A DNA stretch of 63,717 bases, the filler included, from Licmophora abbreviata (Eukaryota): assembly GCA_900291995.1 (NCBI GenBank). It is 17 parts of 17 records of this genome, joined end to end, with 100 filler letters (N's around TTAATTAATTAA, not from the genome) between each part and the next. Parts side by side here need not be neighbours in the genome. Positions count along the whole stretch, not along the records: positions 11,060 to 17,567 come from OLMU01000268.1; positions 17,668 to 24,820 come from OLMU01000269.1; positions 24,921 to 28,120 come from OLMU01000270.1; 14 more parts are not named here. The stretch is one strand, 5' to 3'. A program made the translations under genes and the position numbers. Position 1 is the first letter of the stretch; every line of letters begins with the position of its first letter. Positions 13,856-26,731 of the stretch are shown in pieces. The notes under the pieces are model-generated. The model was not told the origin of the DNA and searched no databases. It saw only the letters and a program-made list of their open reading frames with translations.

Positions 13856-15142
13856 ATGATCCATTATTCATTGAGATTCAGCATTGAAAATAAGATTCGA
13901 GATCCAACGCTTTGGAAGAGAACTGGAAAGATCAACGAAAGGCCAAGTCACAACCGGGGGGTGATCGCCTCGACGATGGCGTTCTACCTTCAGCATCCTC
14001 GGCACCAGTCGAATCAGGCCGAAGAGCCTGATCCATGGGACAGCCTTATCTCGTGTATGACATGCAGTGTTTGTGGCCCATTGCCCCATCCAGCTGTGGA
14101 TCCAATGATGTATCCACAGCGTCCGATGTCACCTACAAGTATGTCTTCCGTCACATCGTTTGGATCGCCTGTTGTGTACCAGGAAAGGATGGTTCCTTTC
14201 ATTTACGATCCAGAGACGAAACAATATAGGCGGCTTCCAGTGGACCAGTATCCGTATGCCTCGCAACCCCTAGCACCCATTGCGATTCAGTCTCAAGCCC
14301 AATATATGCGCGATTCCACCTCTTTTGAGTTCCCAACTTCTCCTGAAAGGGAGCCTTACGGATGCGTACGACCAAGAAGTATTCTTGTTGGACCAAGCAG
14401 TCCCAAGAATCGATCATCTGGCAACAGTGTCAAATGGAGAGACGTTGAATCTGTCAAGGCGGCGAATCCGTTCTTTCCATGGTCTGGTGGTCAAAGTGAT
14501 CAGCCGTTGGAGGAGATTATCGACAAGGAGATCAGTATTCCACACCGCGACTCGACAGAAAATCCTCGGAATATGCAAGGATATACTTCTAACTCCGGTC
14601 ACAGAAAAATTCACACTGCACCCCAAGATCAATCTATCGATCCGATTCTCTCGTTCCGAGAGAGTAAGCTTTCTGGCAAACGAAGAAAACAGCGCTCACA
14701 ACGGATGCAAACTGACCATGCCCCCGGGAGCAGAGCAAGCAAAACTAATATGCGTATCGTACATGAGAGCCGCTCAAGAGGCCGAACATCTCCTCCGTCG
14801 CCTGTGCCGCCCATCCGAGAAAACGAGTCGGGGCGACGAAGTGGCTTCTTCTCTCGGAGGTCGAAGAAGAAGAAAGAAGAACCCCAATACGCCGAGATAG
14901 TTTGGAAATCGAAAGATAAAAATAAAACTCGGAAGTCATCACAGTCCTATGGAGATGCCCAGTTTCAATGGGAAGAAAATACGAAGTCTCGGTACGGACG
15001 GGATAGCGGCGACTTACACCGCTCAAGACACGCATACGATTGCCGCACTTCACCGAAATATGCCAGGTACGCCTCAGCAGCTCGGGATGCGATGGAGTTC
15101 GATGACAGCATTGCATCGGATCGTAGTATGGATTGGATGTAA
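13856..15142 (+). CDS. Hypothetical low-complexity S/P/R-rich protein (possible start 13976)
   Basis: 428-aa ORF with no recognised domain. Confidence 0.55.
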   Translation: MIHYSLRFSIENKIRDPTLWKRTGKINERPSHNRGVIASTMAFYLQHPRHQSNQAEEPDPWDSLISCMTCSVCGPLPHPAVDPMMYPQRPMSPTSMSSVTSFGSPVVYQERMVPFIYDPETKQYRRLPVDQYPYASQPLAPIAIQSQAQYMRDSTSFEFPTSPEREPYGCVRPRSILVGPSSPKNRSSGNSVKWRDVESVKAANPFFPWSGGQSDQPLEEIIDKEISIPHRDSTENPRNMQGYTSNSGHRKIHTAPQDQSIDPILSFRESKLSGKRRKQRSQRMQTDHAPGSRASKTNMRIVHESRSRGRTSPPSPVPPIRENESGRRSGFFSRRSKKKKEEPQYAEIVWKSKDKNKTRKSSQSYGDAQFQWEENTKSRYGRDSGDLHRSRHAYDCRTSPKYARYASAARDAMEFDDSIASDRSMDWM

Positions 15143-15415
15143 GTATTTAACCTTCAAAATACCATGAAGCAAGGGCGCTTTATGGTAAAATGGGCGGCGG
15201 GATACCGACTATTTTGGAAATTAGTAGCGAAAACGCGTTAGGATAAGAGAATTAGTTGTACGTCTCCTAAACGAGAGCTCCCGGCGTATCCAACAAGCGG
15301 TAACGGTGCACGATAATAGTAGATCAGGCGGGAATGGCTTTCTGCCTGTGTAGTTGCTGGTCGAGCAGTGCTCGCATCACAAAATTGAAGAGGTCTTGGA
15401 GTCGAATCCAATGGC

Positions 15416-17376
15416 TTACGCAAACACAGGAGTCGCCCCATTCAATTCCATCCATGTATGGGTAATGTCACCAATGTCCTGCACAATCTCCGAGGCGGCA
15501 TTAGGGTGCCCGACGTTTTGCGCAGCCAGACTAAGCTCGCGAAGCAGTTCTTCGTCCTGTAGCCAGCACGCCACTTCTCTGGCGATGAAGTCGGGGTCCT
15601 TACTGAAATCCCCAAACCCATTTTCAAGGACAAGATCGACATTTCCAGCCTCTTGACCTGGTAGAAAGCTGTGGTCGTAGAGACGGAGTGCGTTGTCTGA
15701 GTGTTTGGAAAAAGTAGCAAGCGGAGGAACGAGCTCGACTGTTTAGGACTTACCTTGTAAGCATAATAGGAAGACCGACCGAAGCGGCCTCCGCTATCGT
15801 CCCCGGACCCGCTTTCGTCACAAGCACATCCGCCGCAGCCATGTACGACGCCATTTCTGTTACAAACCCGAGTGGCTCGACGGTGACATTTCCGGGTGAG
15901 GGCGGATCAGTCTCGTCGCTGTGCTCCGCCCTGTCTAATGACTCTTGGATCTTACGACTCCGATTCCGCCTTCGAAGCCAGTTCCAAACACGTTCGCGCT
16001 TCCGTTTTGGTTTGTCACTGTTTGCAATGACTTCATCCCAGTTTCGTGTTTCAAACTTAGCCTTCAACTTTTCGTTCCGGCCACAGACAACGCATACTGT
16101 CGCATCGACACCCTGCTGAGTGAGCTTGGTGTAAAGCTCGTTGACGATATCTGATAGAGATCCAACGCCTTCGCCTCCGCCCATGACGAGCACCATTTTC
16201 TTTTCCGGTTCAAGACCAAGCCTCTCTTTGCATTGCCTCTGGTATTCTTTGCCTTGTGTAGATGTTCTGCACCCCATCTGTGTCGCCTCCACCGCAAAGT
16301 CGTGTCGAATCGGGAGGCCCGACATGGCGATCTTGGCTTCAGGAGTACCTCTTCGCCTCGCAATCTTTCGAAGGGGTTCTGACGCCAAGTACATTTTATC
16401 AACTTTCCGCTGAAACCACATGCGATGACCAGAGCCAAAGTCTGTCACAACCGTAAAGAACGGGATATGCCGCCCGAGCTCCTTGGAAATGTGTTTTACC
16501 GATACAAGAGGCGTGTAATTCATCGTCGGGTGAACAGAGACAATCACATCCGGATCATAGGAAGCTATCCGACGACGAACTTTCTTCTCGCACATTGTGG
16601 TGGCGTGCATGTTCGACACCAGCTCGTTCAGGTTTGTATTCGAAGCATGATAGAATAATCGCCATTGCCGAGGGTGGGCCGAAAGATGCTTGTATGTGCC
16701 AACCAACGTTTTGTAAGGATAGACACCGTCATTCGTCCACACATCCAACAAGTCATAAGTACTACCAGGATAATGCAACTGAAACTTTTGATTGAAAGAA
16801 AACACAAGAGATTAGGTAAGAGAACAGAGCTCTCTACTGACTAAAGAACACTGTACGGGCCAAGCACTACACACCTGCTTAGCAAGCGCCTCTGCCGACG
16901 CTCGATGACCGCCCCCTGTATCAGCAGAAAGAAATAAAATCTTTAACGGTCCCTTCTGTGAAGAGCAAAAACTGAACGCATGAGCAGCAGGACCCATCAT
17001 TTGGCTGGCTTTGATCCCACCCGAGACTTACGTTCGATAGTTCTCCATCTGACGACGATGTCGACGCAAGCGCCGTTTGTAGCTGAGTCTTAGATTTTTC
17101 GTATGGCGACGCCATGGGTCCTACGTTCACTTGGGGGGTCACCGCTATTTCCGGTTCGCGGTGGAGCGTCCCGTTGATATGGCGGGAATTCAAAGCGGCG
17201 GCGGCACCACCATTTGGGATCTCAAGTGGCGTGGCGCTCAAAGCCGAGGTCGGACGATTCTGGGTGGCAGTAGTAAACGCGCTACCTGTCGAAGAAAGAA
17301 CCATACACAGATGCAGCCATGACATGAGGTAGCGTACACCTCGAACGCCTACAGTCGGCGTTAATAAGGTGCGCAT
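15416..17376 (-). CDS. MGD: Monogalactosyldiacylglycerol synthase (GT28), signal/plastid-type leader, 4 exons
   Basis: ILFLSADTGGGHRASAEAL, SVHP, FFTVVTD, VLVMGGGEGVG, VTKAGPGTIAEA, spliced LPGQEAGNV; leader contains GSA-F. Confidence 0.93.
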
Positions 17377-18006
17377 GGAAGCAGTGTGGTGAGAATGGCG
17401 CGGTCCAAAATTCGGCTGCGAATCTCCGTTTAAAACGTCTGTAGCAGATTGTCTCCAGAAAAAAGGCAACTGCTTATCACGCGCAAGACAATGGGTGCCT
17501 TGGCTGTTGTCTTCCAATGCAGGAGACGATAGAGATGGTGTGATTTGTAAGCTTGTTCCACCGAACGNNNNNNNNNNNNNNNNNNNNNNNNNNNNNNNNN
17601 NNNNNNNNNNNTTAATTAATTAANNNNNNNNNNNNNNNNNNNNNNNNNNNNNNNNNNNNNNNNNNNNAGTATAGTTTCGTACTCCGAGTAGTTGGAAAGG
17701 AACAAACAGCAAGGAGATCAACTGATACGAAGAACTATTTCGGCTCTCTAGCCACTCGTCACTGGCTATGAAGCGGTTGGCTTTTAGCAAATTCAACATG
17801 TCGCTAAGTAGCTTATCCCATCGCTCGTAACGATTAGGATCGACTCTGGTCTTGGTAGTATTCCGTTCCACATCATGGACTAGTCTGGGACTGATATTTT
17901 TGTTTATGATAGTAGAGTCAGAGGGACATCGGTAGTTTATTCATGTAGCTACAGTAGCGTCGAGACGATTGACGGGAAGAGAAGCCAAGTGCTATGATCG
18001 ATCAAC

Positions 18007-18841
18007 TTAGATCTTGTCCACCTTGGGAAGACCATCCACAGAGGAGCCCTTCTTCTTCATTCCCCATCCTTTTTCGCCTCCGTACGCTCCCTTCTCCACA
18101 ACCTCCGGAATGGGCCAGATCTGTCCACTCTTGCCCATGTTGAATCCACCCATAGGCACCTTGTCACTTGAGAGCTGATCAGCATAGAATATTCCTCCCG
18201 ATCCTACAAGACGAGGGTATCCGTACTTGTCCAGCCACTTTCCACGAAGTTCTGCTCCAGGGCCGTTCTTAACACCCTTGGTGGCGCCGCGAGCCTTCTC
18301 AATCGCCTTCAGCTTCTCCTTCTGTCGGGCCTCATTGTTCGAGGTGGCCGTGAAACCAATAGCCTCCCAGATGCTTTCAACCCGAGGAGGTCCAAGGTAC
18401 GTCTCTCCAATCAAAGGAAGATTCACAGTGAATCCCGGAAGATCCAACAGTCGAGGGAGACTTTCTGCCTCCTTCTCAGTGCGGTTAAGACGGTAGCGAA
18501 GGCCGTCTTTGTTCAGGCGCTTCTCGATGCCGACTTCAGAAATCACCTCATTTCCTTCCCAGAGATCGTCGAAGCCAATTCCAGTCCCCTTGAAAAATCC
18601 AAAGTCTGCACACATCCAAGAACAGTAAAATGAGAATCATACGACACACAGAACCTGCAACATTTGGACATAGGATATGCCTAAACTTACCCTCCATTTT
18701 CATGGAAGCTCCGACCTGACGACGAGGCCCGCTGGACAGCGTCTTCTGTCCAAGATTACGGATATCACGACGCGTGGTGCTGGAGTACGCCGAGGCGCCT
18801 CCAGCGGCGAGAAGTACGCAAGCAGCGGCCGAGAACTTCAT
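18007..18841 (-). CDS. Uncharacterised, probably plastid-targeted protein (intron ~18607-18691)
   Basis: MKFSAAACVLLAAGGASA-Y signal peptide plus S/R-rich transit; clean 200-aa second exon. Confidence 0.7.
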
Positions 18842-19094
18842 GGTCAAACACAGCGGTCTTTGTACAGCACCTGAAGGAGACACGCGACGAGAGAAAGCTT
18901 ACGCACTTGACGGTCGTTGAGATCTACACGATTTCAGTACGGAGAAAGTCAATCTTTGGAGGGAATCCAAGAAAACACGTCATCATCGAAGCTGCCTTTT
19001 GATGTTGGTGCACCATGGAGATTCCTGATTCCGGTGGATGCTACAAAGGCGAAGAGGAAGTTGTACAAGTACTTTCGCATGCTCGATAGTTTAG

Positions 19095-19137
19095 TGAGTC
19101 TAACTACATGAACATGAGTCTAACTACATGAACATGA
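19095..19137. repeat. Direct tandem duplication of 20 nt (TGAGTCTAACTACATGAACA x2)
   Basis: Seen directly in intergenic sequence. Confidence 0.85.
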
Positions 19138-19403
19138 TGCATGCAACCTTTGGCTGAAACACAGAACGGCGGAGACCATCGCGATGGTCGAAAACGTGTC
19201 CAAAAACAAGCTTGCCGTGGACGTCAGGAACGGGCTGATGGTCATGATGTGAAAAGGTCCACGTGAACTGGGCGACACCCGCAATTGCGGAGCAGAGAAC
19301 ATCTTCCACATCAGAAATTGCGGATTTGCGAAACAAAGCCTCTATCTCCGCCCCCTCCGACGCTGCCGAATGCAAAAGTTCAGGTTGAACGATTCAAAAA
19401 TAT

Positions 19404-21953
19404 CTATGGTTGTTTATCATCGCCACCCCGCTGCAGGCGGCTAGCACTCGGTGCACGCTTCTCACGGAGGTTGCGTTTGCCCGAAGCGACTCGGCGTCGG
19501 CCATCGTTTCGTCTAGCAGTAGCTTGTTGAGACTGGACGTACTCAGCAAAAGCTTCTCCGCCATCTTGCTCACGTGCGACCTTGGTGGCAAAGTCTCGAT
19601 CGCCATATCGGAGAATCGTGTCTAGCGCAATCAGTTGAGAAGGTATTCGTTTCACATGCTGCAAGTACTCGTAGCGGGCCTTCACCTTTCTGTCCAGTGG
19701 GTAGGAAAAGTAAGCAGGGAATATGGAAAGCTGAAATGTCGGGTCCATACAAACCTTCGATAGATACTCCCATTTTGGAACTAGCTCGTTTTCAACCGAG
19801 TATCCGAGTACTGGAGGAAGCCGTCTGTAAAATGAGTTCGTAGTCGACCAAGTGAGAGTGGTCATTGATAGAGTGAGTTCATTGAGATCCGCCAGGCAAC
19901 AACTCCAGCTTCCATGTACACTTACGTTATAAATCGACCAATGTTGGTGATGCCAATGCTTCTCAGGAACTCAACGACCGGTTTCATGTCTGTCTCGACG
20001 TTCAGTGTCAGTAGCGACGGGAATGCTCGAAATATGCTTCCAAGACTCTCCTCGTCCACGTCAAGCGAACGCAAATACGTAACGACTGTATGCATCTTCG
20101 CTCTGTCCATTCCCAACAGCGCCGGATAGAGTTGCAGTACACGGGGGAGATCATCCTGCCAGATACCCAGCTCATTCATCAAGAAGTCGGCGACAGGAAG
20201 TATTTGTGTTTCAGCATCCAGCAAGAGGACACCTGGAAAAGCCGCGACAACCTTACCCAAATCTTCTGTTCCAATCTTGTGTCGAAGTGTCCACGCAGTC
20301 ATTGACATTAACCGATAGACTTGATTCACTTGCTCTCGTCGCTCCTGAGCGCCACTCCGTCCCCACCGTGTCGATACTGACGTCGGTACATTATCGTCCT
20401 GTAATCCCTGCTGCGTCATGGCATCATGTTCCAGTTGCAATCGAGGCACCGGTGCTACCGAATTTAACAGCTGCAAACACTCGCCACGCCGCAGCAATGG
20501 ACCTATTGTATGCACCGGCATGCGGACTGCATCGCTACTGAGAAAGGCCACAAGTCGAAATAACGAGGCTGGTGATCGCGACAATAATACTGGCAATCCC
20601 GTCTTATCGCGGGCCAACGCGCCCTTTGACACACCGAGACTGGACAAAAGCGACACGACCTGTTCGGCCGTTTTGGAGCCCCGCATTGTGAGCAGCCCAG
20701 GACACTTTCGTACAACCTGAATGTTTCAAAGATGAGCGTGAAAGCAGTGAACATAAATAACAGAAAGAAAACAACGCCTCAAGTCGTTCAAGTACGACTC
20801 CGTGTGCATACACGCACCTTTCTCGCATCATATCTTCTCAGTTTGAGCGAGCCGCACAATAGCTCTCGAAAGGCCCGCGTTGCCGTCACTTGCAGTGTCT
20901 CCCCTCGAGAGGAGCCTTCATTGGTCTCGTCTCTTGGTTGCATCAGTGCAACACTCGGGGTATGCGTTAAAATGGTACAAATGTCGGTTCCCGTCAATCC
21001 CATGTCGGTGAGGAGTGTGACTACATCCTGCAATCCATATTCATGAGGTCGAAAGGTGATGCGAGATTCGGAGTATGTCATTTCAGAGTCTGGGTTAGCA
21101 ATGGTTTGATTTTGTTGATGCTGCTGTTGTTGGATCCATTGTAGATCTCGTTGTCGCAAGAATTCTCGTACCCGGCGTCGTGCCGTCCGCGCCAAGGCAT
21201 GATTCTGAACAGCCTCACCAGCTTTCTGCGCCAATTCCAAATCGACAGCTCCCACAGTCAGTAATGTTTGTGTCACACGATTGGCATTGTACTGTCCCAG
21301 CCAGCCTTCGGCGAAACGTTGTTGTTGTGAGGAAGAAGAGAGTGACGAAGAGCGAGTCCGTTCCGACGCCAAAGCACTACTACCAACAGTGTCCCCGAAT
21401 ACTTCCTCCGATTCTGCGCTGCTTTCTGCTACTCGCCGTGGCTCTTGTTCTCTTCGTATTCGACCATTAGTACCGTATTGTTGCTGTAAATCAAGTTGCT
21501 GTTGTTTTTCTTTTCGGCCGACAAGAATCGTAGCAATGCGGAATCTACAAGCGGGGCCGCGGGGGGTCGTTCCTCCTGCTGCTGCTGTTCGTGGCGTCTC
21601 CGTCGTTTGTTGGTTCGAGTCTCTGCAAACAAGGAGGCGGTGTCTACCATTGGAAATAAGAAAATGTAGAGGACGTTGTAGCGAACGATGGAACAAAGTC
21701 AGTATGAGCAAAGAAAGGGCCACAGAAAGAATGGAAAAATTTGGTTGACAAAGGCGCCTTGTCAGCACCGCTTACCGGATGGTGCAGTCCGCTCGGTGGT
21801 CTCGACGGAAAGTTGCCGTGCGGAAGGAGGCGGAGGAGACTCTCGTCGTCGCCCTTCTTCATTCGCTGCGGTGGAGAATGCAGTTGTGTAGGAGTGCAGT
21901 GAAAGCCAGCACCACACTGTCAGAAACAAGGCTCCGTGCGACGGCCGCATCAT
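19404..21953 (-). CDS. mTERF family protein, probably plastid-targeted (multi-exon)
   Basis: Repeats of the type FPGVLLLDAETQILPVADFL, YPALLG, FPSLLTLNVETDMKPVVEFL, LPPVLGYSVENELVPKWEYL, FPAYFSYPLD; leader ends TTA-F. Confidence 0.88.
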
Positions 21954-22374
21954 GCCATCATCGTCGTCTCTCCTCTCTCGCGTGTGTGCCACTCGGCCGA
22001 GAGGACGAATTCCGCACAAAACTGAAACAGGAGAGCGAAGATGTGTGAATCCTGGAGTCCTCATGCCTGAATAGAAACATATCCAAAGTTCAACTTGGTT
22101 ATGAGCCATTCACAGGTTGAAAGTTGCCACACAGCCACAAAAATTGATTTTGATTATTCGATGGAATAAAATCCACTGTTACAGTAACGCTCGAGGGACA
22201 GACGATGGTGTGATCTGTGATCTGGCGTCTTGCCTTCGACCTGACGGCGATGTTGCGGGCTCCTTTTGTCACGGTCATCCTCCACAACCGCAAACACACA
22301 CACCGACAGAGTGTTGCCGGGTGTGTTGTGGCTGCAGCCATCGTCGTTGGCGCGAGAAAGCACAGCTGACAACC

Positions 22375-24820
22375 ATGAGACGTCTAGACAAACTTATTTG
22401 GCTGCTTTCACTGGGTTTGTGTCCAGTCCGGGCTTCTGTCAAGTGCGCAGAAGGCTTTGGATCTTCCTCCAAGACAAGAGTCATTGCAGACGAGAATATC
22501 AATGATGGATACTGCGACTGTCCCCTAGACGCTGCGGATGAACCCTTGACGGACGCTTGTTCCGGATCCACTGTCGGTGGATGGGCAGGAGTCGATGGAC
22601 CTGCGGAACGAAGGTATGTGCTGAACCGGAACTTCGTGGTCGTCGCTGTTTCTTTCGCATGGCACAGCTGCGAACCACACCACCGGGCGGACACTCACCA
22701 TAACTCTCCCTGTCTCTCCCCCAGTCCCTACTTTGCGTGCCCTCAACAGCCAGCCTTGAAACTCCCCTTGTCACGACTCAACGACGGGGTCTGCGATTGT
22801 TGCGATGGAGCCGACGAGAAGACTTCTGCCACCACGAACTCAGCTACAGACTGCCCCGACATTTGTGAAGAGGTCCTCGCGGAAGAACGAGCCATGCGAG
22901 CCAAATTGGAGAAAGACTTTGCTGCAGGCTATGCCAAACGACAAGAGGAGCTCGAAACGTATCAGAAACTGGTGGAAACGGGAAAACTCGAGATGAAAGC
23001 GATCCGGCAAGAGCTCCATGTTGTGAACGACAGTCTCGACGAAGCCAACATGGCATTGGATGGATTCAAATGGGAATCAGCGGAGCGACGACTGAAGGTT
23101 GTACAGGAAGTCATTGCGTCATCTGTATTGTCCGAACTTGTGACGCCGCTTTCCAATGATGAACTCGTTAGTTTGATTCTACACTCGTGTCAGTTGTCGG
23201 GAGAAATGGAAGCGGAGGGTGACAATGATGATGACGAAGAATCGACGTGCATTCCACTTCGCCTGGCGGGTCTCGACTTGGGCCTTTTGTGGGGCGATGA
23301 AGACTACGCCACGGGCTCGGCGGAACTGGAAAGCAAGTTGGATGACGCATCAGACCGGACGGTTCTTGCCAAGATTCTGGATCAGAATGCCCGCGACAAT
23401 GAGGAGCCCGTGTGGTCGCCGCAAGGTCTGCACTCCAGCAACAGTGACCCTGGCAGACGGAGATTGGATGACTACTACTACGACGGAGAGTTTGACTCCA
23501 TGTACGGAGATGATGTTCCGTATGATGACGACGAGGACTTTGGTAACTATGAACCTCCTTCACGCGACAGTCGCCGTGCGAGTAGCCGCCGTCGGTCGCT
23601 CTCCGAGGAGGACGAGGCCAAAAGAAAGGAAATGGAGACGCAGATACTCAGTACGCCCTTCTCGCGGTGGCGGGCTGAATTCTTGGCGCGAGGAGAGGAG
23701 ATCGACCGTGTGTTGGATGAAGCAGAGGAGACCAGCAAAAACAACGACGACGCTGGTGAGGAAGAAGGAGAAGAAACACAGGAGAAAGCTAGCGCCGAGG
23801 CCGAGACCACACCGCCTGTCATGGACCCGATGGCGATACCCATGATTCGAAACACGTTGAGTCGACGAAGGGAGATCATCCAAAGAGGCGTAGACTATGC
23901 GATATCGGCAACGGTACTCTTAAACGCCGTGACAGGCGACGAGAAGACCGCACAAGCTCGACAGCGGCTGGTGGGGCTCGCATCCATGACTCTTTACCAC
24001 GGAAAGATTGGTGCCGGTGACGTCTGGCATGTACTGCATTCGTCTGTTCCAGAGTTTGGAGCGGACGCATCAGAGAACGAGGAATCTTGTCGGTCGCCTT
24101 TGTCGACTATGTGCCCGACACCATTTGTTGAGAGAAATGGCGTTACATTGCCACCGCTTTTTATCCGGCGAGCAGCTGAAGCGTTGTGTCAAGAGGCCAC
24201 TGATGGAGAGATAGCTGTCAAAGTTTGCGCATCGGGTAACGACAATGATGAGATACCCACCGAAATCCCCGATGGCTACTATGGCTACTATCTAGTTCGA
24301 CCTCGCGCCGACGATGATGCAATGGTTGAACCTTTTGCTCCGCTGGAAAAGCTGGAAACGAATCGCTCGGGAATTTCTGACCTTGAAGGCAAGATCAAGA
24401 CCATTGAGACGAACCGCAAGTCATTGGAGACGAAAGTAAAGGACATTGAGGACGATATTGGAGGCGAGAATGGCACAAAGTACGGACCGAACGGAGAGCT
24501 GCATTACTTGCGAGACGAATGTCTCGAGGTTGAAGCTGGCAAGTACGTCTACGAGGTGTGCCTGTTCGGTAAAGCTGCTCAGAAGGAAAAGGATGGACAT
24601 TCGTCGACAGGTCTTGGTACTTGGACTGGTATGGAGGTGAATGAAGAGACAGGTGATCGTTTGCTCAAGTGGGAGAATGGGCAAAAGTGTTGGAACGGCC
24701 CATCCAGATCTGCGACCCTCCACGTGACGTGCGGGGCCGAGACCAAGGTAGTTTCTGCGGAAGAACCCGACACTTGTCGGTACGTCCTGGAGATGGAGAG
24801 TCACATTGCATGTGACGACG
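22375..24820 (+). CDS. PRKCSH: Glucosidase II beta subunit (PRKCSH family), 3' end in gap
   Basis: Signal peptide; INDGYCDC and LNDGVCDCCDG; C-terminal MRH domain (YVYEVCLF, NGQKCWNGPSRS, CG, EPDTCRY). Confidence 0.9.
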
Positions 24821-25061
24821 NNNNNNNNNNNNNNNNNNNNNNNNNNNNNNNNNNNNNNNNNNNNTTAATTAATTAANNNNNNNNNNNNNNNNNNNNNNNN
24901 NNNNNNNNNNNNNNNNNNNNATCTTTCGCGCCACGCGGTACCGCCGGTAGATTCCTACCTGGTACGACTTTGTTGTTCTCCATGGCCGTCTTCATAATGC
25001 TCCAAGACAACACCAATAACTGCTCTACCACATCAGTCGAACGACATCTACGCCCACCAGA

Positions 25062-26495
25062 ATGGATCCTCTGGCGAAGTGGATTCGAAGCGCCGGTGGA
25101 ACGGTCCATGAAGGCCTTGGGTTAAGAGGATCCGGCACGACGCGAGGTGTCTACGCGAATCGAAACATCGCAGAGGGTGACACGCTCATTCGACTTCCTT
25201 GTGGCCTTTCTTTGAGTGGCGAGAACATGCCTGCAGAATACGAAGGCAAGCCAGCGTCGTCGTGGCTCCGAGCTGTCGCAGCACTGTATAAGGCTCGACA
25301 GCAAGGTGATACATTCCGTCCGTACCTGGATTCGCTTCCTTCCGAGTACGACTCTTTGCTAGACTGGACAGATGAACAGGTGTCACACTATCTTGCAGGA
25401 ACAACAATCGGGGATATGGTGCAGCTGGACAGAAAACATGACGCCTTGGCATCATGTTATAGCTCTTCGGTTCGACCGTACTTGCGGCACTTGCGGATCT
25501 TATCGTCCGAGCCGAAAGCTACAGAGGATGAAGACTTTGGTTGTTCTTGCCGCTGCATATCGACACGTGGGTTTCACATACTGCCGACGGAAGACTCCGA
25601 AACGACCAGTGATGCTTACAACGGTCCATTTCTTCTACCTCTGATTGATATGATCAATCATGACACAAAGCAAAAGTGCACGACTCTGAAGCGAAGTGAT
25701 GATTCCGGAGGGAATGGTTATTTCTACATGGTGGCAGAGCGAGACATTTCCTCGGCCGAAGAAATCTTTCACTCGTACGGGGACGACCTTACCTCTGGTC
25801 AACTCCTGCAGACGTTTGGCTTTGTACCCCGCGACACCAGTGAGCTCGTTGTGGCAGACGGGCGCAAACTCATGCAGAGTAAGACAGAGTTGACGCCTGT
25901 TGTTCTCTCCAAAGCCAGCGTCGTACAGGCATGCCATGACGTGATTCAGTCGGACTATCCCAGTCAGATTCGGGGATACATGGCGACACACAATATGGAG
26001 GACGACGAAGTGTGGGACGTAAAAGTGCACGACCGAGACGTGTCCCTTATCCCGGACGACATTCTCATTTCGTCCGATGCCCCTCTCTCGGACGAGCTAG
26101 TGACTCTATGTTGTCTACTACTGCTGCCTTCTGAAGCTTACACTGAGATCTTTATGGACTCACCCGTTCTATTGGACAAGGTCATTCTTGAAGATTATTT
26201 TCTTGGAAAGCTAGTCGGAAAAGTCTTGCATGAAGCGATCGCAATGAAAAGCGTCAACTACACTGCGATTCGAATGGTCGTTGACGGGACAGAGTACTCC
26301 AGTTCGAATGACAAGGAGCTTCTAAGCTTATTACTTTCGGAAGCGAATGGCATGGAGGAGAACCTACGAGCTCAATTCGGCCTAACGGTTCGACTCGAGG
26401 AGAAGGCCTCTCTCGAATCGTTGCGAATCGAGATTCTGGAGCTCATGGAGTTTCTCGACGATGACACAAAGCTCGCGCACGCCGGCGGCCACTGA
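25062..26495 (+). CDS. SET-domain protein lysine methyltransferase (Rubisco-LSMT/SETD6-like)
   Basis: RGVYA, PYLDSLP, LLPLIDMINH, EIFHSYG...LLQTFGF. Confidence 0.9.
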   Translation: MDPLAKWIRSAGGTVHEGLGLRGSGTTRGVYANRNIAEGDTLIRLPCGLSLSGENMPAEYEGKPASSWLRAVAALYKARQQGDTFRPYLDSLPSEYDSLLDWTDEQVSHYLAGTTIGDMVQLDRKHDALASCYSSSVRPYLRHLRILSSEPKATEDEDFGCSCRCISTRGFHILPTEDSETTSDAYNGPFLLPLIDMINHDTKQKCTTLKRSDDSGGNGYFYMVAERDISSAEEIFHSYGDDLTSGQLLQTFGFVPRDTSELVVADGRKLMQSKTELTPVVLSKASVVQACHDVIQSDYPSQIRGYMATHNMEDDEVWDVKVHDRDVSLIPDDILISSDAPLSDELVTLCCLLLLPSEAYTEIFMDSPVLLDKVILEDYFLGKLVGKVLHEAIAMKSVNYTAIRMVVDGTEYSSSNDKELLSLLLSEANGMEENLRAQFGLTVRLEEKASLESLRIEILELMEFLDDDTKLAHAGGH

Positions 26496-26731
26496 GATTG
26501 ACAAGATAGAGTCTAGAGTGCACAGTAGAGTAGAAAAGAAGACTGAAATGTTTCATCTGTCCACAGTGTTCTCGCTGAAGACCGTTTTCGGATGGTACTA
26601 CGATAGAAATCGTTGATGTCGACGATACAATCGCGACTCGCCACTTCAGCACAGGCAGTCAACATGTAGAACATTCATATTTAATACGATAGCGACGGAC
26701 GCCTACGGGCATCTCAGGGCGCGCTCCCAGC

